Below, piece by piece: positions 40,703 to 50,222 of a stretch of 64,000 bases of DNA; positions within the stretch are counted from its first letter, which is position 1; the number at the start of each line of letters is the position of its first letter. The DNA lies in assembly GCA_945861415.1 (NCBI GenBank), contig CAMAUV010000004.1, positions 75,296 to 139,295 on the forward strand, read 5' to 3'. Under the pieces are notes generated by a model, which had not been told where the DNA came from, searched no databases, and saw only the letters and a program-made list of their open reading frames with translations. Origin of the DNA: Akkermansia muciniphila (GTDB taxonomy: Bacteria > Verrucomicrobiota > Verrucomicrobiia > Verrucomicrobiales > V1-33). Made by a program: the position numbers and the translations under genes.

Positions 40703-40984
40703 CTACTGCCCTCGGAGATGGCACGCGACTGGGACCGGCGCAACTCGTTGGCCGAATCCGGCCCGGAGCGGGGTGAGCGCGCTGCCCCTGAGAGCGAAGC
40801 CTCCTTTCGTTTCCCTGATGGTGGCACCGGTCAGCCCCAAATTGTGGGCGACGCTGGTGGCGGCGGCATCGGGATGCTTGGGGACGCCTGCGGCGTCGGT
40901 GCCTTTGGCAAAAGCGGCTGCCGCAGCGATGACGGCCAGTTCCCCTGCGATGAGGCGGTCCCGGCGCACATGATATTCGCTCAT
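40703..40984 (-). CDS. hypothetical small protein
   Basis: 93-aa ORF with high third-position GC throughout. Its ATG overlaps the tyrA stop (ATGA 40981-40984). No recognisable domain. See the finding about a second overlapping frame coupled to cmk. Confidence 0.35.
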   Translation of the reverse strand: MSEYHVRRDRLIAGELAVIAAAAAFAKGTDAAGVPKHPDAAATSVAHNLGLTGATIRETKGGFALRGSALTPLRAGFGQRVAPVPVACHLRGQ

Positions 40985-41871
40985 GGCGCGTCAGGACTAT
41001 CTGGGTATCGACTAGCCCGCAGGGCGCGCGCTTCGCTGAGCAGGGCATTGAGCGCGGCGGCATCACCAGTCTCCAGCGACTCGATGATGTGGGCATTGCA
41101 GGCGGCGAGATCGCGCAGGGCAGGAAGGATGGATTCTCGATTTTCCATCAGGATTTCGCACCACATTGACGGGTCGCCGTTGGCCACGCGGGTGGTATCG
41201 CGCAAGCCGCCGGCGGCGAATGCTGCATAGCCCGGCTCTGGTCGCATGGCTGCCAGAGCAGTGATTACCGCGGCTACATGGGGCAGGTGCGAAATGCGGG
41301 CGACGGCGGTGTCATGGGTGGCTGCATCCATGACGTGTGTGCGACTGCCGAGCAGTCGCCAGAATCCGTGCAGCAAAGCAGGCGCGTCACCACCGATTGC
41401 AGCTGGAGTGAGGATGCAGGCGGCGTTTTGATAGAGACCGGCCCGGGCGTTGGCCAGTCCACCCTTGTCGGATCCCGCCATGGGATGGCTACCACAGAAT
41501 TCAGCGCCCGCCGCAGTAAAGACCGGGGCGACTTCGCCCATCACAAGTCCTTTGACGCTACCCACGTCAGTAAATACTGCTCCAGGAGCGGTTGTAGCTC
41601 CAGCAATTTGCTGTGCCAGTGACTTCATGCCGCCTACTGGCACGCACAGTACGAGAAGGTCAGCTCCTTCTGCCACTTCCGCGGCACGGGTGGAGGTGAA
41701 ATCCGCGAGGCCTAGGGACTGCACTTCACCCAGCGATTCCTCGCGCCTGGCCCACACCCGGAGTGACTTAAAGTTTAGCGCGCGAGCGTCATGCAGCAGA
41801 GACCCACCCAGCAGGCCGGGGCCGAAAACAGCGAGGGTTAGGGCAGCGGGACGAAGCATACGTGGTGACAA
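40981..41871 (-). CDS. tyrA: prephenate/arogenate dehydrogenase
   Basis: Rossmann LAVFGPGLLGGS, DVGSVK and GSHPMAG. Confidence 0.85.
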   Translation of the reverse strand: MSPRMLRPAALTLAVFGPGLLGGSLLHDARALNFKSLRVWARREESLGEVQSLGLADFTSTRAAEVAEGADLLVLCVPVGGMKSLAQQIAGATTAPGAVFTDVGSVKGLVMGEVAPVFTAAGAEFCGSHPMAGSDKGGLANARAGLYQNAACILTPAAIGGDAPALLHGFWRLLGSRTHVMDAATHDTAVARISHLPHVAAVITALAAMRPEPGYAAFAAGGLRDTTRVANGDPSMWCEILMENRESILPALRDLAACNAHIIESLETGDAAALNALLSEARALRASRYPDSPDAP

Positions 41872-41947
41872 AAGTGAAGATAGCGCAGACCGATTTGGCC
41901 TGCGCCAATCACGTTCCGGGATGCAACCCGGAAAACGTTATGATGCC

Positions 41948-42478
41948 TCAGGGCACGCGGAAATGCTTCTGCGTGTAAGGGCACTTCACCCGTGTTCCGC
42001 GCTTGAGGGTTTCGACATCCACGTAGCCTTTACTTTCGGCGTAGGGGCTGTAAACAAACCCTTTTTTGCCGACAACAGGAATGCCGTAGGGCAGGTCCTC
42101 ACGGGCCAAAGGTTTAGCCGGAGGCGGATTGGAAGGCGTCGTGGGCGGCTTTTCTGCGACGATGGGCGGCGGTTCCAGGGGTGATGTCTCTACCGGCCTA
42201 GGAGGGTCAATGTTGACCGTAGTGTTATTAGGGTCACGTACGATTCGGGGCGTCGTCGGTGACGCATCCGTGCTTGGCTGTGCCACCGGCACCTCGATGT
42301 AGGTGGGACTTTGCGTGCCGTTGTAGCCATAGCGGGGCCGTCCCTCCGCTGAAAATGGCGGTGGCTCCATCGGCGGCGGCGGCGCGAAATTTTTACAGGA
42401 GGAAAGTAGTGCCATCCCTGCCAGCAGCCCGGTGCGGCCGGCAAAGCGGATTCCAGAGTTCACAGAAATGGAGGTCAT
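41948..42478 (-). CDS. proline-rich lipoprotein with a conserved C-terminal GFVYSPY...VKCPYT motif
   Basis: MTSISVNSGIRFAGRTGLLAGMALLSSC carries an LSSC lipobox. It has a long Pro-rich linker and ends in GKKGFVYSPYAESKGYVDVETLKRGTRVKCPYTQKHFRVP. Confidence 0.6.
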   Translation of the reverse strand: MTSISVNSGIRFAGRTGLLAGMALLSSCKNFAPPPPMEPPPFSAEGRPRYGYNGTQSPTYIEVPVAQPSTDASPTTPRIVRDPNNTTVNIDPPRPVETSPLEPPPIVAEKPPTTPSNPPPAKPLAREDLPYGIPVVGKKGFVYSPYAESKGYVDVETLKRGTRVKCPYTQKHFRVP

Positions 42479-42573
42479 AAGAGTAGAGCAATATGACACC
42501 CATTTTCCTGCTGTAAAGCCGATGCAGAAAAAATGCTGAAAAATCAGCACTACATGAAGACCCCGGAATTCGG

Positions 42574-43182
42574 TTACATTTCGCCAGGACTCTCAAGGGC
42601 CCGCAGGACGACGCGCATCCGCTTCGGCAGGCTGGCTATGCCCAGCATGGGCTGGGTGATTCCGGCGTCCCTGATTATGCTTGCCGCGATGAAATCGGTG
42701 ATCTGCTCGGGGCAATTGAGGGCCGCGAGATGTTCTTCGACCTCACTAGGTGCCCCGCCGGGAGTTTTGCGGAGATAGCGCAGCGTGCTCTGCACCAGCT
42801 CCTGCTTGAGGGCGGGAACTTCCTCCGCGTCCCGGTGGATGGTCTCAAGGGGTTCGATGGAGGCGATGCGGAATGGCTTTCGCTGCTCCCATCCAGTGAA
42901 GCGGATGCGCTGAATGCCTTCGAGCAGAGCATGAAAAGTGCCGTCGGGATTTTGCACACATGCGCGCAGCAGTCCCGCGGTGCTGAATGGTGATAACGCG
43001 GCGTCCGATTCGTCGCCTTGGTCGCCGGTGAGCGTCCCGATGCAGACCATGCGGTCGTGCATTAGAGTATGGGCAATCATGGCGCGGTAGCGGGGTTCAA
43101 AAATGAACAATGGTAGGATGCCATTTGGCAACAGATTGCAGCCGCTGAGCATCATGACCGGAAGGTTGGCGGGTAGAATCAC
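42574..43182 (-). CDS. LON substrate-binding (N-terminal) domain protein
   Basis: LPVMMLSGCNLLPNGILPLFIFEPRYRAM is the typical Lon N-domain opening. At 202 aa it has no AAA or protease domains. Confidence 0.8.
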   Translation of the reverse strand: MILPANLPVMMLSGCNLLPNGILPLFIFEPRYRAMIAHTLMHDRMVCIGTLTGDQGDESDAALSPFSTAGLLRACVQNPDGTFHALLEGIQRIRFTGWEQRKPFRIASIEPLETIHRDAEEVPALKQELVQSTLRYLRKTPGGAPSEVEEHLAALNCPEQITDFIAASIIRDAGITQPMLGIASLPKRMRVVLRALESPGEM

Positions 43183-43340
43183 AAAAGTTTACTTTCTGCA
43201 AAGCTACGAACTTGAGATCACCCCAAGACGCGTGGCACGGCATCAAATTAGGGGCGGGCGGCCAGAGAACGTGCAAGCTACCGGTGTCGAAGAGCCGACG
43301 GCACCGTAAATGGGGTCTACAGGCGATTCTTGCCGTGCTG

Positions 43341-45737
43341 CTATTTGGCGTTTTGCGTGACGCTCAGGTTGTCGATGTAGACTGGCTGTTTGCCTTGGAG
43401 AGCGAACCCGTAAAATCCGGGGCTGCCGTGAGTGTGGACGTAGGGGAGAGGGACTTCGATAGTCCACTTTTCAGGCTCGGTCTCGCCTTTGGCCCATGCC
43501 TTGGCTCGCACAGTGCCTCCCTTGCCTTCTGCGCTGGCGTCTACCCGGGTTTTCATAGTATACCATGTTTTGGCGGTAACGGGGAATGGCACACTGACTT
43601 TGAGACGCTCTTGGGTGGAACTCACCTCGAGTTCGTTGGCATTGCCTTTGATGACGATGAGGTAGCGCTGGTTGATGAGGCCAGCTTCGCTTTTGAGACG
43701 CCGACTGCCGTCGGTCATCATGTCAGCCTGGACCGTGTAGTTGGTCATGTCGGGCGAGCCGATAAAAGTAAAGGCGCGCTGGAAGAAAACGGGCGAGAGC
43801 GTTTTCGCAAGCACCTTATTGCCGTCGAGTTCGCGGACCTCCCACTTGAAGCGCGCTCCCATCCACGGCAGCGGTGGGTAGGCGAATTTCACACCGGCGG
43901 CGGCTTCCTCAGTAGTTGCCTGCGCGGGCAGGGGAGGTGCGCCGGGAGGCGGGGGCGGAATATTGGCCGGCGGCGGAGTGAGCGGCTTCACAGTCACCCC
44001 ATCCTCAAGAGTGACTTGGTTGATTGGTGTCTTCTCGAAGTCTTCACTGATCGGCAGGCTGTTGACGACCCGTCCGCGGATGATGCCGGAGGCGTTGCCA
44101 CTCGCAGCCTTGAATGCGCCACCGCTGAGTTTAGCCTGCGGGCCGGCGGTGAGTTCGCTTTTCTCATTAAACGTTGCGTCCAACATGGCGCGCACTTTTG
44201 CGGTGGGCGGAATGAACGGTTCCCACTTTACATCTGTTACGGGACTGGTGGGCAATCCGTTAGCATCAATGCCGCGCACAGTGAAAGCTTGCGAGGCGCC
44301 GGGAACAAGCACGGCTTCCTGAGGCATTACCTGTAGCCCAGCTACGGGGCCGGTTGGCGTTTTCGGAAGTGAAAACCACTCGCCTTTTCCGCTGACTCCC
44401 TGACCGATCTCAAAGCAATAAACGTGCTTGGTAGTGGTGACGAAGAGGTTGCCTTCCATAATAGCCGGTGCGCCGAGAGCGAAGCCATCGAGCGTGACCT
44501 TGTGCAGGATTTCACCTTGGTCTTTGCCGGGCTTGATGACGTAGAGCAGGCCGTTGTCGCTGGCGGTGTCGTTATAGACGGGCACGTAAAGAAGGCCATC
44601 GCACCAGAGCGGAGAGGAGTGCAGGTTTCCGGGGCCAAGCTTCAGTTCCCATAGCTCTTTGCCCTCCTCAGGATCGATGGCGTAGAGCACGCCGGAGGTA
44701 ACCACTTGGAAGACCATGCCGTCTGCGAAGACCGGGCTGCTGCTCTCCGCGGTTAACGGCAGACGCCATGCCTCGGCCTTGGCGGGAAGGAAGGGCACGG
44801 TATCTTCCTGGGGGCCGGGCGGGAGCGGTTTATCCGGCAGTGTGACTGCAGCTATCCGTCCGGTCTCAGCGGCGTCGGCATTCTCTTTGTCATGGATGCA
44901 AATGGCTTTACCGTTGACCACTATGACCGAGGAATTGATGCCAGCCTTAGCTGCCTCCCAGCGCCAGAGCGGTTTGCCCGTGAGGGCATTCACGGCGGCG
45001 TAATGGCCGCAGCCGGTGGAGATATACATGACGCACTGGCCATTCCACATGGCGAAGTAGGGCGTGCCGAACGAGTTGTCCTTGGGCGTGATGCCCGGCG
45101 TGCTGGCCCAGACGAGCTGGCCGGTAATTTTGTGAAAGGCGTAGAGTCGGTCGCGGGCCGGGCCATCGGCACCCCAGTTAGCAGTAATGCCGCGGACGAT
45201 GACGAGGTCCCCTACAACGCTCGGGCCGCCGGAGCGTCCGTTGGGGAATGTGAGGCGGCCGAAGCTCTCCATCATGCTGTGGTAGAAGAGTTGCTTGCCG
45301 CTGCGGTCCACGCCAATGAACTCGCCGGCGGTAGTCATGAAGTAGACATTTTTAGTCTCTGGGTCCACCACGGGGTGACCAATCGCGTAGCGTGAGTAGC
45401 TGTTGTCGCTGTGGAAGTCGGCGTATGCTTTTTCCCACAGGAGTTTGCCCGTCTTCGCGTCAATGCAGGTAAGCGTTTCCTTCAACTCCGGGCCTTCGCC
45501 GTGATAGCCGAAGACGTATAGCTGGCCATCGGCCCCCGCGAGGCTTCCGCGGCTGGCGAGGTCATAGATCCAGACCGGCTTCTCTTGGAATCCTAGCTTT
45601 TCGTACTTTTCGGCACTGCGCCCGTCCTGTGTCGGGCCGCGCCAGTTGTACCAGTTATCGGCCAAGGCCGGGACAAGCGAGAGGCTCAGGGCGGCGGCAG
45701 CAAAGTAGCGAACGGGGATAAGTGTGGGTAGATTCAT
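43341..45737 (-). CDS. secreted PQQ-like beta-propeller protein with Ig-like and concanavalin/DUF1080-like C-terminal modules
   Basis: Start at MNLPTLIPVRYFAAAALSLSLVPALA. DNWYNWRGPTQDGRS, repeated GKxLW blades, and a C-terminal jelly-roll-like block (NYTVQADMM...GSPGFYGFALQGKQPVYIDNL). Confidence 0.8.
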   Translation of the reverse strand: MNLPTLIPVRYFAAAALSLSLVPALADNWYNWRGPTQDGRSAEKYEKLGFQEKPVWIYDLASRGSLAGADGQLYVFGYHGEGPELKETLTCIDAKTGKLLWEKAYADFHSDNSYSRYAIGHPVVDPETKNVYFMTTAGEFIGVDRSGKQLFYHSMMESFGRLTFPNGRSGGPSVVGDLVIVRGITANWGADGPARDRLYAFHKITGQLVWASTPGITPKDNSFGTPYFAMWNGQCVMYISTGCGHYAAVNALTGKPLWRWEAAKAGINSSVIVVNGKAICIHDKENADAAETGRIAAVTLPDKPLPPGPQEDTVPFLPAKAEAWRLPLTAESSSPVFADGMVFQVVTSGVLYAIDPEEGKELWELKLGPGNLHSSPLWCDGLLYVPVYNDTASDNGLLYVIKPGKDQGEILHKVTLDGFALGAPAIMEGNLFVTTTKHVYCFEIGQGVSGKGEWFSLPKTPTGPVAGLQVMPQEAVLVPGASQAFTVRGIDANGLPTSPVTDVKWEPFIPPTAKVRAMLDATFNEKSELTAGPQAKLSGGAFKAASGNASGIIRGRVVNSLPISEDFEKTPINQVTLEDGVTVKPLTPPPANIPPPPPGAPPLPAQATTEEAAAGVKFAYPPLPWMGARFKWEVRELDGNKVLAKTLSPVFFQRAFTFIGSPDMTNYTVQADMMTDGSRRLKSEAGLINQRYLIVIKGNANELEVSSTQERLKVSVPFPVTAKTWYTMKTRVDASAEGKGGTVRAKAWAKGETEPEKWTIEVPLPYVHTHGSPGFYGFALQGKQPVYIDNLSVTQNAK

Positions 45738-45905
45738 ACAGATTGTTGCGAGGAAGCTTCGATGCATATCGACCAGCAGGATTCGCATCTTGCAACGGTG
45801 AATCCATAACACGCATCGCCGCGGAAGTGAACCCCTGCCGCACCCCTCATGTGAGGCTGTAGGCCATCGCAGGGTGCGTGAAGACTTGGCTGAACGCCGA
45901 CGGGC

Positions 45906-46649
45906 TCAAGTCCCGGCAAGCAGTTTTCGGCCGCCGCTCAGTTCGCGCCAGATGGAGCGGAAGAAATGATAGCCGGAGCCGTGCTCCTCGTCTCCGCGCC
46001 AGTCGGGATCGTAATGGTGGCGCCGATAAAGAAAGCGCTCCGGGTGCGGCATGAGACCAAATACGCGCCCGGTTTCGTCCCGCAGCCCGGCGATCTGGAG
46101 CGATGATCCATTCACATCGTCCGCGTATTGCAGCGTGACCAGACCTTTGGCCAGATACTCCTCTGCTTTGCCGGGGGGAGCCACAAAGCGGCCCTCGGCA
46201 TGCGCGATCGGTAGCTCAAACTCCGCGGGAAGGTCGGCGAGAAATGGATTCTCGGGCTGGAGGCTGTGAAGCTTTACCCACCGGCATTGGAAGCGGCCAC
46301 TGCTGTTGTCGATGAGTGACCCTTCAGGCAGCACGCCGATTTTGGTAAGAATCTGGAAGCCATTGCAGATACCCAGTACGTAGCCGCCGCTAGAGATGAA
46401 CTGCTCCACGGCATTCCCAAGACGGCGTTCGGTCACTAGTTGGGCAATGCGCCCTGCCATCACGTAGTCGCCATACGAGAATCCGCCGCTCATCACCAGT
46501 AGTTGGGCCTCTTTGAGGTGATCCTTAGTAGCGAGTGAAATGGGCTCAATGCGCGTGGTGAAACCCGACGCCTGAAGAGCGCGGGCAGTCTCGGCATCGC
46601 AGTTGGTGCCTGGAAATTTGAGAAGCAGAGCAGACGGCTGGTCGTTCAT
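45906..46649 (-). CDS. purQ: phosphoribosylformylglycinamidine synthase, glutaminase subunit
   Basis: Start at MNDQPSALLLKFPGTNCD. GGFSYGDY, GICNGFQIL (catalytic Cys) and MPHPER. Confidence 0.9.
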   Translation of the reverse strand: MNDQPSALLLKFPGTNCDAETARALQASGFTTRIEPISLATKDHLKEAQLLVMSGGFSYGDYVMAGRIAQLVTERRLGNAVEQFISSGGYVLGICNGFQILTKIGVLPEGSLIDNSSGRFQCRWVKLHSLQPENPFLADLPAEFELPIAHAEGRFVAPPGKAEEYLAKGLVTLQYADDVNGSSLQIAGLRDETGRVFGLMPHPERFLYRRHHYDPDWRGDEEHGSGYHFFRSIWRELSGGRKLLAGT

Positions 46650-46819
46650 GTGAGGAGCGGCACACAGTCCCGCCAAAAGCCCTGCGCAACCGGATAGAGC
46701 GGTCGACAAAAGTGACCCTGCCGCACTCTAAGACCGGGCAACTCTCTATTTCGGACGGAATTTTTGTAGTCGGCGATCATTAAAATTCAAATCGCAGAAG
46801 TGGAGGGCCCTTTTAAACT

Positions 46820-46942
46820 GCGAAGTTGCGCTTCGCCCCACCCGACCAGGCACTGTCTGCGTAGGGTTCCGATTTTCCGGGATATGTTTGTTGCGGCCAC
46901 GGTGGGCTGCAACTGGCGCGGCGGGGCGAAGTGAAACTTCGC
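46820..46942. repeat. pair of small hairpins that are also mutually complementary (REP-like)
   Basis: GCGAAG-TTGCG-CTTCGC at 46820-46836 and GCGAAGT-GAA-ACTTCGC at 46926-46942. The 20-nt arms 46820-46839 and 46923-46942 are 17/20 reverse-complementary. They lie in the 590-bp non-coding gap upstream of purQ. Confidence 0.5.
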
Positions 46943-47239
46943 GGTCCATTAGGGCATGAATACAATACTGAATCCCTAGTCGGGCAGCGGTCCGTTTCTC
47001 TCCATGGTTCCAGTGTCGACCAGATTGTAATATTGGCAGGTCGTTGGGCTGCACTGCCATGAGCTGCCCTGCGCGGCGGCCAGTAGATTTCGCTTACGCT
47101 GCCAGACCGCCGGCGATAGCTCACGAGCATCATCAGGAGTGTGCCCTACTTCACAGCAGGACATAGCCAACGCCGCCAGCGCTTTCTGGACTTGGTTTTG
47201 GGCGGCTCTGCGTTTTTCTCCTATATGCCAGAAGGAAGA

Positions 47240-47665
47240 CTATGGCCCGGGTGAAGTGCTTAGACTGTGGGTGTAGCCTCGCAACAGTAGTGCCCGCTCT
47301 CTGTTGCGTTCCATTCGTTTCTCTGCGCCGATAGGCCCCCATACCGTTCCTTGCATTTTGCGATAAAATGCGGTTTGGAACTCAAGCTCCTTTTCGCGGT
47401 ATGCCAGCCATGCCTTCTGAGAAGCTTGAAGTGCCTTCCACTGTTCGGGGGACATCTCCGTCTCGAGCTTGGTGAGCGCGCGATCAATCTCCTTCAGCCA
47501 CTTCTCATTGGCTTCATTTAAAGCCTGAATCATCCCTAACGTATTTGGATTCTTCTCAATCGCCTTCTCTAACGCGATGTCAATCAGGTCTTCCTTTTGC
47601 GGTGCTGCATAGAGACTGCCGCACGTCGTGAATAGAAGGAGTGTGAGGTATAGGTATGGTTTCAT
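47240..47665 (-). CDS. lysozyme-inhibitor LprI-like (DUF1311) secreted protein
   Basis: MKPYLYLTLLLFTTCGSLYA signal. NEANEKWLKEIDRAL...QKAWLAYREKELEF fits the DUF1311 helical pattern (W..Y.....C/E). GC content is visibly lower than in neighbouring genes. Confidence 0.75.
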   Translation of the reverse strand: MKPYLYLTLLLFTTCGSLYAAPQKEDLIDIALEKAIEKNPNTLGMIQALNEANEKWLKEIDRALTKLETEMSPEQWKALQASQKAWLAYREKELEFQTAFYRKMQGTVWGPIGAEKRMERNRERALLLRGYTHSLSTSPGP

Positions 47666-47903
47666 TGGTGTTGGGTAACTAATGGAGTTTCTTTGAAAAT
47701 ATGAGCGTTTTGTGCCCGAAAGTAAGATGTGATGGCACGGCGGCGCAGGACTCACATAGCGAAGCGAACGAGGGAAGTTACCCGCCGTTGCAACGCACGA
47801 CTTGTTCGCTTGGCGGGGAGGGGCTCTGCGGCCCACTCTAAAAAAGTCCTCAAAATTTTCTGCAACTTCGTCTCGTCTCCAGAACCGTCGAATATCTGTT
47901 CTG

Positions 47904-50222
47904 TTAGTCCTCTGCCGGCGCTACCGGATCCGCTGCGGCTGGGGGTTCTTGAGCTTGCCCCGGTGCAAGTGCTGGTGCCCTTTCCTGAGTAACAGCTGCG
48001 GGCGGGGAATCATCTTCACCAACAATGCTTGCTTCGCCCAATTCCGCTGTGGCTTCGGCTGCGGCAGGGCCGGGCTCTCCCCCACTTTCAGGCGCAGCAG
48101 CATCGGCAGCCACTTCCTTTGCAGGAGCGGCGGGCTTTTGGCGCGGGAGGCGCTCCCGTTTTTCTGGAGCCGGCTGAGGCGGGCGCCCCAGAACAAACAG
48201 TTCGCCAGCAGCAAACTCTGTCACGTAACCTTCGTTCACCAGCCAGCGCAGGTCCTGAAGGATCACAATTTCTTCCGGTGTTAAAATCGGTAACGGAGGA
48301 GCTTCGGGCACGACCACTGGCGGCGGCGCGGCTGGTTCTTCGGTGGCTGCTTCGGCCTCTGTTGGAACTGTGGTGGCTGATTCAACAGGAGTTTCTTCAG
48401 ATGCTTTGAACGGAGCTTCAGCAGCTTCTGTTTCTGCTACCACGGGTTCCGCTTCTGCTGGCGCAGGTTCCGACGGGGCCTCGGCTGAGGCCGGTGCGTA
48501 AGCGGTAGCTGATGATTCCTGAGCTGCAGGGACTGGCTCCTCAGTGGCAGGCGCAACGGCTTCGCCCGCCGGTGGGGGTGCCTCCGCGGGAGTCCCGGCC
48601 GCGGGGGTTGCCTCTGCCTCTCTCGTCTGTGTGACACTTGGTGTAACTTCTATGTGCGGCGCGAGGGTACCCACGAGCCGGGTGTAACTTATGCCCGGGT
48701 TGGCACGCACCATTTCCACGATGCGGCGGATGCGTTCCGAGAGAACGAGGTCGTCCGGCAGGAAGTGCGGACGGGTGCGGACAACGAAGGTCGCCTTTTT
48801 GTCACGCTTAAAGAATCGCAGGCCGCGGCCCTCCAGTTCACGGCAAAGATCCTGCACAAGCCCCATCGGGAAGCGTTGCTGCTGCTCCACTTCGCGGCGG
48901 AGCAGACTGAAAAGCGGAGGCGTCAGGCACTTGCCGGGAATATTGCCCGGCACGGTGGCGGTGTTCACTTCCTTGACCGCGGTGTCAGCGTGCGTGCGGA
49001 GGAAATGGGCTTCCATTTCAGCCTGGGACTTGAGCGGGGTGGGCGGCTCCTCTCCCTCCGGCAGGGCATCTGCGGTCACCTGTACGAAATGAGTGGTGGA
49101 GGTTTGGCTGTCCTGCCATTTACTCAGCAGTGCCTCATCCTTTTCCGTGCGAATGCGTGACTTGTAGCGCTCAAGGGGCATATCCGAAAACCGCTCGCGG
49201 TGCAGGCGCGCCACATTGCGCTGGAAATCGTGGTGGTTAGGAGGGCCGAGTAGAGCCCCGCTGAATCCGCACACTGCCACTGCACTCCAGTTTCCCTTCG
49301 GCGCATCCACTGTCACCGCTTCGGTGCGGTAGTACTTTGTGATAGCCGGCGAATTCAAGATGTGACGATTGGCTTCCTCGCGCGACAGCCAGAGCGAGTG
49401 GTCTGCCACGCATTGATAAATCAATTCCGGACCTAGGGTAGCTTGGGGTGCTGCGGCGGCGGGTCGAGCCTGCGGCGGCAGGCTCTGCGGACCGGGAGTC
49501 GGTGCGGGCCGCGATTTTTCGCGCGAGAACTGCACGACATACCTTTCGCGGCTGCTCATGAAAAGGCGACCGACATCGAACACCGAGAACGCACGGCCGG
49601 ATACTTTGATTTGTTTTGCGATGACTTCCACGCTGCGCGGCTCCGGCATCAGCTTTGCCTGCCAGCCGGCAAGTGGCGGCGGCGGTCCCTCACGGCGGTC
49701 GCGTTCAAAGCGTCCGCTTTCATCGCCGCGTGGGCGGCCTCCAAATTCACGACGCTCTCCACCACTGCGCGGTCCTCCCCGGGGAGGTCCCTCACGGCGC
49801 TCGCCCCCGGGTCCGCTGCGGAACTCCGGGCGCGGTCCGCGGTTATCGCCTCCCCCAGCGGGGCGGGGCCCGCGATTGTCGCCGCCTCCCACAGGGCGCG
49901 GACCATCGCGGCGTTCGCCCCGGGGCGGACCATCATTGCGACGCTCCCCTCCCGGTCCTCCGCGAAACTCTGGACGTGGCCCGCGACTGTCTCCGCGGCG
50001 CTCGCCGCCACCACCGGGTCCCCGTCCATCACCCCGGCCTCCGGGGCGTCCGTCACGGTCCCGCCGAGGGGCACGCTCGTCGCGGGACGGGCGGGAGTCC
50101 GGAGCACGGCCCCAGATGACTTCACCGGGGGCAGATTCAGACGCCGCCAGTTTGTCAGCCCATGTGGGGCCGAACTGGAGACCTTGCAGTTGGGAGAGAT
50201 CGATAGGATCGGACTCGCTCAT
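47904..50222 (-). CDS. hypothetical protein: N-terminal Arg/Gly-rich (RGG-like) repeats, folded middle, long acidic Ala/Pro/Glu-rich C-terminal region
   Basis: 772-aa ORF with consistent coding bias. Residues ~40-190 are RGG-like (GGGDNRGPRP x2; RGPRPEFR[GS]GPGGERR x2). The C-terminal third is low-complexity acidic with a conserved island, LTPEEIVILQDLRWLVNEGYVTEF. Confidence 0.7.
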   Translation of the reverse strand: MSESDPIDLSQLQGLQFGPTWADKLAASESAPGEVIWGRAPDSRPSRDERAPRRDRDGRPGGRGDGRGPGGGGERRGDSRGPRPEFRGGPGGERRNDGPPRGERRDGPRPVGGGDNRGPRPAGGGDNRGPRPEFRSGPGGERREGPPRGGPRSGGERREFGGRPRGDESGRFERDRREGPPPPLAGWQAKLMPEPRSVEVIAKQIKVSGRAFSVFDVGRLFMSSRERYVVQFSREKSRPAPTPGPQSLPPQARPAAAAPQATLGPELIYQCVADHSLWLSREEANRHILNSPAITKYYRTEAVTVDAPKGNWSAVAVCGFSGALLGPPNHHDFQRNVARLHRERFSDMPLERYKSRIRTEKDEALLSKWQDSQTSTTHFVQVTADALPEGEEPPTPLKSQAEMEAHFLRTHADTAVKEVNTATVPGNIPGKCLTPPLFSLLRREVEQQQRFPMGLVQDLCRELEGRGLRFFKRDKKATFVVRTRPHFLPDDLVLSERIRRIVEMVRANPGISYTRLVGTLAPHIEVTPSVTQTREAEATPAAGTPAEAPPPAGEAVAPATEEPVPAAQESSATAYAPASAEAPSEPAPAEAEPVVAETEAAEAPFKASEETPVESATTVPTEAEAATEEPAAPPPVVVPEAPPLPILTPEEIVILQDLRWLVNEGYVTEFAAGELFVLGRPPQPAPEKRERLPRQKPAAPAKEVAADAAAPESGGEPGPAAAEATAELGEASIVGEDDSPPAAVTQERAPALAPGQAQEPPAAADPVAPAED
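49827..49892. repeat. 2 x 33-bp tandem repeat inside the RGG-protein gene
   Basis: The units 49827-49859 and 49860-49892 encode (A/V)GGGDNRGPRP twice. By hand alignment the DNA differs at 9 of 33 positions while the peptide differs at 1 of 11. Confidence 0.8.

Noticed and set aside
40377-41096. A 239-aa ORF spanning the cmk/tyrA junction.
   Set aside because: It overlaps both well-supported genes out of frame, and its translation is extremely Arg/Pro/Ser-rich, which marks an off-frame artefact.
46650-46760. A purine, ZTP or PRPP-type riboswitch in the leader of purQ.
   Set aside because: I could not find the conserved cores (for example the ZTP GGGTCGTGACTGGCG...CCGCCTGGGC, or the purine-riboswitch loop-loop motifs) by eye on the minus strand. 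An Rfam scan is needed for certainty.
46976-47239. An 88-codon open frame continuing in-frame past the TAG stop of the LprI-like gene, as possible read-through or another nonsense-split gene.
   Set aside because: The LprI-like protein already looks complete at 141 aa. The extension has no recognisable similarity to DUF1311 or anything else, and coding bias is weak.
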